Source: a bacterium
Lineage (GTDB): Bacteria > Patescibacteriota > Patescibacteriia > HK-STAS-PATE-3
Assembly: GCA_043800725.1 (NCBI GenBank)
Contig: JAZDMR010000011.1
Span: 85,369-149,368, forward strand
DNA: 64,000 nucleotides
Reading direction: 5' to 3'
Part shown: piece by piece, positions 57,030 to 64,000 of the stretch
Numbering within the stretch: the first letter of the stretch is position 1
Layout of the letters: each line of letters opens with the position of its first letter
Made by a program: the position numbers and the translations under genes
The notes under the pieces: generated by a model
Seen by the model: only the letters and a program-made list of their open reading frames with translations
What the model was told of the DNA's origin: nothing
The model's database searches: none

Positions 57030-60000
57030 ATGAATTATCTAACACAATCAGATCAAGTGCTTAATCAAAAAACCAGACAAAGAATATTTAAGCTTTTAAG
57101 TATATTAATATTACCCGCCATGGTCTTTCAGATGAGCGGTTTTGGCTTTGTCTTAACTGCCAATGCTGCTCAAGCAGCTGAATTGACCGAGCCAGTGGAA
57201 AAGCCTACTGAAGTAGTTGACCAGGTTGTTACAGGTCTTAAGGCAGCTAATCCTGCTGCCGACCTGGACCAGTGTAAAAATGGCGGTGTAGGTGATCCTC
57301 CCATCAGTCCTTGTGACTGGGTTAACGGTAATTTGAATGAACAGCATGCCCATTATGTTGAGGGTGATTCTGTGCCTTATCGGATGACTTTGACTGATAT
57401 TTCAGTTGGTGCGCCACATGAGTTAATTATTGGCTTTGATGTAAAGCACTCTGGCAAGCATGCGCTCGACTATTTAACTAACAATGACCGAATTGCTGAA
57501 GTGGTCGATCCTTGTGATGGTGTTACTCCTTGTGTTCCTGGTACAGCTGGCGATATTCCTTCACCTACAGACCTGATTGGTAGCGCAAGCTTTGCCAACT
57601 TAGAGGTTGCTGAAGGTAACCAACAGATTAAGATCTGGAATGGTGCTATCAGCTCTATTACATATGTAGACGAAGGTGATTTGACTCAAGATAATTCAGA
57701 AGCTCAAGTAAGTATTATTTTTACGGTGACCGACCCTACAGCTGTTATTTCTTGGGGTGGGCATATTGCTAGCCGGCTTGATTGGGGCTATGAACTAGGT
57801 GGTGAGCCAAAATCAGCTGGCGGTATCAATGGTTCCCCTTATCACATGCGCAATAAAGACCTGGATGGCTCTGGCGGTAACCAAGACCGTTCTCTATCTG
57901 CTAGTGCGGTTCTACCACCCGAACCGGGAGCTTTAATGTTGACCAAAGTTGTTGATAGTGGATCGGCCAGCCCGGATGCGTTTACTTTTGAAATTAATCC
58001 AGATCCAAACACAGAAGGTCAAGTAAATACTACCAACGGAACCCATGTCTTCAATGACTTGGACGCTGGTTTTTACACGGTGACTGAATTACCGTTCCCT
58101 GGTTATGAATTAGTTTCTACAACTTGTGATGACGTAGAGGTGGTAGCTGGTGAGTTAGCCCAATGTGAAATCCATAATGCCGTAGAAGTCGGCGATTTGG
58201 AAATTATAAAATACTTTGATAATCAGGCCAACGGTATTCTTAACACTTATGATGATTATCTGTCCGGCTGGCATTTTGTGGTGAAGGATGCGACAGGTCA
58301 GGTAGTAGCTGAAGAAGATACTGATGGCAATGGGCAAATTATGGTCAATAATCTCTTGACAGGCGACTACACCATCACTGAAACAATGCAGGATGGTTGG
58401 GAAAACACCACCGGCGGTCTGGTTCAGCAAGCTACGGTTGTTGCAGATGACACTGTTACAGTTGAGTTTGGTAACCGACGCTTACCAGCCGGCCTACATG
58501 AACTATTTAATATCTATGGTACCTGCTCTGATGAGTCTGGTAATGCCGTGGTGGCTGCTGGTGTGGGCATGCTGGACACTGATACTGGCACGATTAATAA
58601 TTTTAATATTCCAGGCCCGGTAACTGCTGCCTATCTCTTCTGGAGTGGGCGTGATAATAGTAATGGCCCTGGTGATCCCAACATTACCTTTGATGGACAT
58701 CCAGTAGTTGGCGTGGAATCCCGCGAAGGCTGGGATCCGATTGGTTATTATGCTGATGTAACCAGCCTGGTTTCACCAGGAGTCAAAAACTACACAATTG
58801 CCGGTCTAGACCTGGATCTCAATGACGGAGCTGGTTTACATGTGATTTACCAAGATGCTGCCCTTGATCCCGCAGGTGTTACCCTGTTCGGTGGACTGGA
58901 CTTTGCCTATCGTGGCACACCCTATAATCCGGTTGGACCTGATACGGAAGTGTATGGAATTACTTTTAGTCCTGCCCAAGTGGATCGAACAGCACACTTA
59001 ATTCTGAGTGTTGGCGGTGGTGACCATATTCATCCAAATCGAGGCGATAATCTTTGGATTCAAACTGGTACCGGAGCCATCCCTGGTTATTTGGTTGACC
59101 AGCCTGGCGCTATAGAGCAAATCTCAAATATGCTGACCGCTTCTGATGGACCTGAATTTGATACACCGAGTACTGATATTGTTATTCCAGCTAATGCGAC
59201 TTACCTAGCTTTCCAAATTGAATCGGAAGGCAATGATGGCGAAAGTTTGAGCTTGCTAGCAGCCAGTTTCTCAGTACCAGAATTTTGCCCTGGTAAGATC
59301 TCTGGCTATAAATGGAATGATACCAATGGTAATGGTAACTGGGATATTAGTGAATCTGCCTTATCTGGCTGGACTATCAATCTGTGGAATGATCGAGCTG
59401 GTCAACCTGGTATAATCATAGATACAGACGTGACTGATGCAAATGGTTACTACGAGTTTGCTGATTTACTACCTGGTGCTTACTGGGTAAATGAAGTATT
59501 GCAAGCTGGCTGGATCCAAACTTCCTTGCCAGTCACCTATGGTCCGCTGGTGATCACTCTTAATGAAAATTATACCCGTAATGACTTTGGTAACTTTGAG
59601 TTAGGCGAGATTCATGGCACCAAGTTCGAAGACATTACGGCCAATGGCCCATCCGGCGACGATACGACGATACCGGGCATTACAATTAACTTGTATAAAA
59701 ACGGTCAACTATATGATACTGATGTAACTGATGGTAGTGGTAACTTCTCATTTGTTGACCTTGGTCCGGGTAATTATACTTTTGATGAAGTATTGCCCCC
59801 AGGCTGGTACATGACTTACTCACCAGGTCTTATCGTTATGACCTCTGGATTGGTTAGCCAAGACAATGACTTTGGTAATTTCCAGCTAGGTGAGATTCAC
59901 GGTACTAAATATGATGACAAAACTGCTAATGGTCCATCTGGTGATGATACTCCAGTCAGCGGCATCATGATCAAGCTTTGGAAGGATGGTCAGTTCTATG

Positions 60001-62516
60001 CTGAGATGTTAACTAATGCCAGTGGCGATTACTGGTTTACTGATTTACCAGCTGGTACTTACACTATGACTGAAATTTTGCCTGGTGGTTGGGTTCAGAC
60101 TTATAACCCAGGTCCGGTTAACATGACCTCAGGATTGATTAGTACTGGTAATGATTTTGGTAACTTTAAACCGATTGAAATCCATGGCTACAAATGGAAT
60201 GACTTGAATGGCGATGGTGTATGGGATAATAATGAACCAGGCCTAAGCGGTTGGACTATTAATCTACATGAGGATAATAATGGCCAGCCCGGTGCAATTA
60301 TTGACACCATGGTAACAATTGCCGGTGGTGAGTACTGGTTTATGAATTTACCAGCTGGCATTAACTGGGTTAGTGAAGTGGGACAGGCTGGCTGGACTCA
60401 GACTTCATTACCAGTAGTCCATGGACCGCTTGATCTGACTTCTGGTGAAATTGAGAGAAACCTAAACTTTGGTAACTTTGAACTAGGTGAGATTCACGGT
60501 TACAAATGGAATGACACTAATGGAGATGGCATTTGGGGTCCTGGTGAATTTGGACTAGAAAATTGGACTATCTACTTACATGAAGATAATAATGGTCAGA
60601 TGGGTTCAATTCTAGATAGCACAACAACTGATATTAATGGTGCCTATTCATTCATCAACTTAGGTCCTGGCGCATACTGGTTAAGCGAAGACACGAAGAC
60701 TGGTTGGGTTCAGACGTCTGTACCTGAGAATATTGGACCGATCCAAATGACTTCAGGTTTAATTTCCAATGGTAATAACTTTGGTAACTTCAAGCTGGGA
60801 GAAATTCATGGTTATAAATGGGAAGACACTAATGGAGATGGCTATTGGGATCCTGGTGAATTTGGATTAGAAAATTGGACCATCAATCTTTGTGATGACG
60901 TCCAGTGCAATTCAGTAATTGACACAACTACTACTGACTCAAGTGGTTATTATGAGTTTACCGGTTTAGAAGCTGGTGATTATTGGATTAGTGAAGAAGT
61001 TCAGCCTGGCTGGACACAAACCTCATTACCAGTAGTATTCGGACCGATCACCATGATCTCTGGATTAAATACTGGTGATTATAACTTTGGTAACTTCCAA
61101 GACGTAACCATCAAAGCCTACAAGTTCAACGATGTTGATGGCGATGGTGTTAAAGATCCTGAAGATCTACCTATTGAAGACTGGAAAATGTATTTAGATG
61201 GTGGTCAGATGCAGGAAACCGATGTTAATGGAATGGTTTCTTGGACTGTTGCCACGGGTGGTGACTATGAAGTAAGTGAAGAAGATGTAGCTGGTTGGAC
61301 CCATACCACCCAAAACCCAGTTACTGTTACTGTACAATCAGGTGATCAGGACAAGGTTGTTGAGTTCTTAAATTTCAAGAATATTGACATCACTGTTAAC
61401 AAACTTATTGACGCTGATGGTGACATCAACACAACTGGTGATCAAACAGTTAAACCAGGCTGGACTGTTCAACTCTGGCAGAATGGTGTACAGATCGGTA
61501 CTGACCAATTAACTGATGTTAATGGTCAATACACCTGGACCAATCTAGGCCCTGGTACTTACACAGTTAAGGAAATCTTTGATGCTAATGAGTACACCGC
61601 ACTAACAGCTACTGAATTTGAAGTTGTGGTTAGCGCAGGTCAGAACGAAACTGCTACCTTCATTAACTTCGCTCCAGTGCCGTTACTACAGATTGAAAAG
61701 ACAGTCGCAGTGACTACTCTGGTAAATCCAGGTAATACCGTAACTTACATTGTAGTTGTGAAAAACATTGGCAATACCACAGCCATCAACGTGGTAGTGG
61801 ATGACATATTGCCTACCGGTTTGGTCTTTGCCGAAACCGGCCTGCAAACCGGCCAATTCCCAATCGGCAACTTGGAGCCTGATCAAAGCAAGACCATCAC
61901 TTATAACGTGATTGTCGGTTCAAATGTTTTGTCCGGCGTATATGACAATATTGCCAAAGCTTCGTCTGACAACACCAAGTCAGTAGAGGATGACGCCGAG
62001 ATCCAGGTTAAAATTCCCGAGGTGCTGGGCGTAGAAGGCGAGCCGATTCTTACATTAACCAAAGCGGTTAACAAGGAATGGACCAATCCCGGCGATACCT
62101 TGGTTTACACCATTGTGATAAGTAATACCGGAACGGCTATGGCTGAAAATGTCCGCTTGGTCGACGTCTTGCCAGAAGGCTTAATCTACGCTGATACCGG
62201 ATTGAAAGAGCGCGTCTGGACCTTGGGCGACATGGATATGAACACATCTCATACGCTGACCTACGAAGTGTTGGTGGGCAAGGATGTGAAGGCCGGCGAT
62301 TACATTAATGTAGTCACTGCCACATCTGATAACCATGATTCGCTGCAGGCCGAGGCCAAGGTCTTGGTCAAGATTCCTCAAGTATTGGGTGCCGCTCTGG
62401 CAAATACCGGAAGTGGCTTAAAGGATCTAGCAATTGCTTTTGCTGCTATAATGTTTATGATGATCGGTTTAGTAGTTCTGTACGAAAATCGTAAAACCGA
62501 ACTGCCACTCCGTTAA
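57030..62516 (+). CDS. giant (1828 aa) cell-surface adhesin-like protein: signal peptide, ~10 tandem SdrD-B/CnaB-like beta-sandwich repeats, DUF11-type repeats, C-terminal LAxTG sorting signal + TM + basic tail
   Basis: N-terminal signal/TM; repeated unit GEIHGYKWNDTNGDG.WD.GE.GL..WTINL...DTTTTD..G.Y.F..L..G.YW..E....GW.QTS about 10 times; NTGTA..ENV.L.D.LP.GL (DUF11-like); ends ...LANTGSGLKDLAIAFAAIMFMMIGLVVLYENRKTELPLR. Confidence 0.75.
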   Translation: MNYLTQSDQVLNQKTRQRIFKLLSILILPAMVFQMSGFGFVLTANAAQAAELTEPVEKPTEVVDQVVTGLKAANPAADLDQCKNGGVGDPPISPCDWVNGNLNEQHAHYVEGDSVPYRMTLTDISVGAPHELIIGFDVKHSGKHALDYLTNNDRIAEVVDPCDGVTPCVPGTAGDIPSPTDLIGSASFANLEVAEGNQQIKIWNGAISSITYVDEGDLTQDNSEAQVSIIFTVTDPTAVISWGGHIASRLDWGYELGGEPKSAGGINGSPYHMRNKDLDGSGGNQDRSLSASAVLPPEPGALMLTKVVDSGSASPDAFTFEINPDPNTEGQVNTTNGTHVFNDLDAGFYTVTELPFPGYELVSTTCDDVEVVAGELAQCEIHNAVEVGDLEIIKYFDNQANGILNTYDDYLSGWHFVVKDATGQVVAEEDTDGNGQIMVNNLLTGDYTITETMQDGWENTTGGLVQQATVVADDTVTVEFGNRRLPAGLHELFNIYGTCSDESGNAVVAAGVGMLDTDTGTINNFNIPGPVTAAYLFWSGRDNSNGPGDPNITFDGHPVVGVESREGWDPIGYYADVTSLVSPGVKNYTIAGLDLDLNDGAGLHVIYQDAALDPAGVTLFGGLDFAYRGTPYNPVGPDTEVYGITFSPAQVDRTAHLILSVGGGDHIHPNRGDNLWIQTGTGAIPGYLVDQPGAIEQISNMLTASDGPEFDTPSTDIVIPANATYLAFQIESEGNDGESLSLLAASFSVPEFCPGKISGYKWNDTNGNGNWDISESALSGWTINLWNDRAGQPGIIIDTDVTDANGYYEFADLLPGAYWVNEVLQAGWIQTSLPVTYGPLVITLNENYTRNDFGNFELGEIHGTKFEDITANGPSGDDTTIPGITINLYKNGQLYDTDVTDGSGNFSFVDLGPGNYTFDEVLPPGWYMTYSPGLIVMTSGLVSQDNDFGNFQLGEIHGTKYDDKTANGPSGDDTPVSGIMIKLWKDGQFYAEMLTNASGDYWFTDLPAGTYTMTEILPGGWVQTYNPGPVNMTSGLISTGNDFGNFKPIEIHGYKWNDLNGDGVWDNNEPGLSGWTINLHEDNNGQPGAIIDTMVTIAGGEYWFMNLPAGINWVSEVGQAGWTQTSLPVVHGPLDLTSGEIERNLNFGNFELGEIHGYKWNDTNGDGIWGPGEFGLENWTIYLHEDNNGQMGSILDSTTTDINGAYSFINLGPGAYWLSEDTKTGWVQTSVPENIGPIQMTSGLISNGNNFGNFKLGEIHGYKWEDTNGDGYWDPGEFGLENWTINLCDDVQCNSVIDTTTTDSSGYYEFTGLEAGDYWISEEVQPGWTQTSLPVVFGPITMISGLNTGDYNFGNFQDVTIKAYKFNDVDGDGVKDPEDLPIEDWKMYLDGGQMQETDVNGMVSWTVATGGDYEVSEEDVAGWTHTTQNPVTVTVQSGDQDKVVEFLNFKNIDITVNKLIDADGDINTTGDQTVKPGWTVQLWQNGVQIGTDQLTDVNGQYTWTNLGPGTYTVKEIFDANEYTALTATEFEVVVSAGQNETATFINFAPVPLLQIEKTVAVTTLVNPGNTVTYIVVVKNIGNTTAINVVVDDILPTGLVFAETGLQTGQFPIGNLEPDQSKTITYNVIVGSNVLSGVYDNIAKASSDNTKSVEDDAEIQVKIPEVLGVEGEPILTLTKAVNKEWTNPGDTLVYTIVISNTGTAMAENVRLVDVLPEGLIYADTGLKERVWTLGDMDMNTSHTLTYEVLVGKDVKAGDYINVVTATSDNHDSLQAEAKVLVKIPQVLGAALANTGSGLKDLAIAFAAIMFMMIGLVVLYENRKTELPLR

Positions 62517-62544
62517 ATTGATTTAGACAATTAAAGAATTGACA

Positions 62545-62576
62545 CCAGCCCTGACGTACGTCGGGGCTGGTTTGGT
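62545..62576 (+). terminator. rho-independent terminator after the giant gene (ccagccctgacgtacgtcggggctgg + TTTGGTATT)
   Basis: 10-bp stem with a T-rich tail. Confidence 0.55.
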
Positions 62577-62655
62577 ATTCAGGCCATTCACAGCCACTTA
62601 AGTGGCGTTGGTTAATCAATTGACAACCTGACTGAAGTCAGTAAGAATTTGCAAA

Positions 62656-62675
62656 GCGAAGATGGCCATCTTCGC
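62656..62675. repeat. perfect 20-bp palindrome gcGAAGATGGCCATCTTCgc (core shared with 29760-29779)
   Basis: Exact dyad symmetry. Confidence 0.7.
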
Positions 62676-62912
62676 TTTCTGTAATGAGATTGTTGCGTCC
62701 TTATGTACTATCGAGATTTAAAAAATACGAATCCCTGACACGAGTCATCGAGGGGAAGGGTCTCCCCCGGCATTCAGGGCAAGTGGAGATGCTTCACTGA
62801 AGTTCAACAATACGAGTGATGGAGATCCTTCGCAAGCTCGCAATGGCTGCAGGGGGGGGCTGACGGTGCGGGATGCTTGCCCAGGGTCCTTTGTTTGTTA
62901 TAGTGTGTAAGC

Positions 62913-64000
62913 ATGTCAGAAGAATATAAATTAAATCCCGAGCAAACCAAAGCGATCGAGCATGATCTGGGTCCCTTAATGATCATTGCCGGAGCGGGGA
63001 CGGGCAAGACCAGCGTGATCGTGGAACGGTTAGCCTGGTTGATAACCAAGAAGGACTTGCGGCCTGAGCAGGTGCTCTGTTTAACTTTCACTGATAAGTC
63101 AGCCAATGAAATGGTGGAGCGGGTGGATCGCCGTTTGCCCACCGGCTATGTGGATTTGTGGGTGTCGACTTTTCATTCCTTTGGCGAGCGGGTGTTGCGG
63201 GAAAATGCCATTGACTTAGGTTTGCCCGGTGATTTTCAAATACTGTCAGAGCGCCAGCAGTGGCTGTTTATCCGGCAGCACTTGGATAAGTTTCCGTTAG
63301 ATTATTATCAGCCGTTTGGCAAGCCTACCAAGTTTTTGCAATCCTTGGTCAAGCACTTTTCGCGCCTTAAAGACGAACTGATCAGCCCGGACCAGTATTT
63401 GGAATACGTGGAGAATAAGCGATTAGACTTAGACAAATCAGATTTTACTAACAAGGAAGACAGTGAAGCAGCGGGTCAGGATTTAGAAAGGCTTCAAGAA
63501 TTGGCCGGCTCGTATCATGTTTATAATAGACTGTTGCGCGAGCGAGGCTTTTTAGATTTTGGTGACTTGATCGTTGAAACGTTAAATTTGTTCAAAAAAC
63601 GAGCTGCTTTACTTAAGCACTATCGCGAACAGTTTCGTTATGTCTTGGTAGATGAGTTTCAGGATACCAACTGGGCGCAATATGAGCTGGTAAAAATATT
63701 AGCTGCTCCCAACAATAATCTAACCGTAGTAGGGGATGACGACCAATCGATCTATAAATTTCGTGGTGCTTCGGTAGCCAACATCTTAGAGTTCAAGCGC
63801 GACTTCCCAAATAGCACTGATATTGTGCTAACCCAGAATTACCGCTCGCGCCAAAGCATTTTGGATGCAGCTTATTCATTTATCCAGGGCAATAATCCTA
63901 ATCGTTTGGAAGCTCAGCTCAAAGACGATCAGGTTAAATTAAGCAGTATTTCCAAGCGTCTGGTAGCTGATCAGACAGGCGATGGGCAGATTAAAGAGAT
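62913..64000 (+). CDS. UvrD/PcrA/Rep-family ATP-dependent DNA helicase (5' partial, runs off the window end)
   Basis: MSEEYKLNPEQTKAIEHDLGPLMIIAGAGTGKTSVIVERLAWL (Walker A/motif I), ...VLVDEFQDTNWAQYEL (motif II), ...TQNYRS (motif IV); no stop before position 64000. Confidence 0.85.
   Translation, partial: MSEEYKLNPEQTKAIEHDLGPLMIIAGAGTGKTSVIVERLAWLITKKDLRPEQVLCLTFTDKSANEMVERVDRRLPTGYVDLWVSTFHSFGERVLRENAIDLGLPGDFQILSERQQWLFIRQHLDKFPLDYYQPFGKPTKFLQSLVKHFSRLKDELISPDQYLEYVENKRLDLDKSDFTNKEDSEAAGQDLERLQELAGSYHVYNRLLRERGFLDFGDLIVETLNLFKKRAALLKHYREQFRYVLVDEFQDTNWAQYELVKILAAPNNNLTVVGDDDQSIYKFRGASVANILEFKRDFPNSTDIVLTQNYRSRQSILDAAYSFIQGNNPNRLEAQLKDDQVKLSSISKRLVADQTGDGQIKE

Noticed and set aside
59280-61100. 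Tandem ~290-nt DNA repeats
   Set aside because: These are not a CRISPR array or satellite; they are in-frame protein-domain repeats of the giant adhesin gene.

Overview
This is a low-GC, gene-dense bacterial chromosome segment. From gene content and style it looks like a reduced Patescibacteria/CPR-type genome, but that is inference only.

The core genes include the infC-rpmI-rplT operon, smpB with an adjacent tmRNA (ssrA) that I identified by hand, tRNA-Asp, argS, ileS, glyS, metG, tgt, rsmI, recO, rmuC, tatD, a complete F-type ATP synthase operon (atpZ-like, atpBEFHAGDC) and a partial uvrD/pcrA at the window end. There are also two very large repeat-rich surface proteins, one with an LAxTG sortase-type anchor.

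Two accessory regions stand out.

1. A roughly 5.7 kb mosaic island (about 15.95-21.64 kb) sits immediately upstream of recO and is marked by duplicated copies of the recO 5' end. It carries a radical-SAM/SPASM maturase with a PqqD-like RRE, preceded by an unannotated 39-aa peptide ending in GGGYQCC and an attenuator hairpin, followed by a SAM methyltransferase and a NUDIX hydrolase. This reads as a candidate RiPP cluster. It is flanked by 60-bp direct repeats and by two paralogous ~150-aa genes, each inside a cassette bounded by 20-bp inverted repeats. A HigB/HigA-like toxin-antitoxin pair lies next to it.

2. A GC-rich diversity-generating retroelement (about 29.9-33.6 kb) has a target gene with a C-terminal variable repeat, a 133-nt template repeat whose 11 mismatches all fall at template adenines, an Avd on the opposite strand, and a reverse transcriptase. 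The whole cassette is bracketed by ~153-bp inverted repeats.

Other oddities are recorded below: a pseudo-tRNA copy, a 31-bp repeat flanking an ArsR-type regulator, tandem secreted paralogues, a repeat-flanked orphan gene, shared 20-bp palindromes, and a ~700-nt structured non-coding stretch. All coordinates I derived by hand may be off by 1-2 nt.
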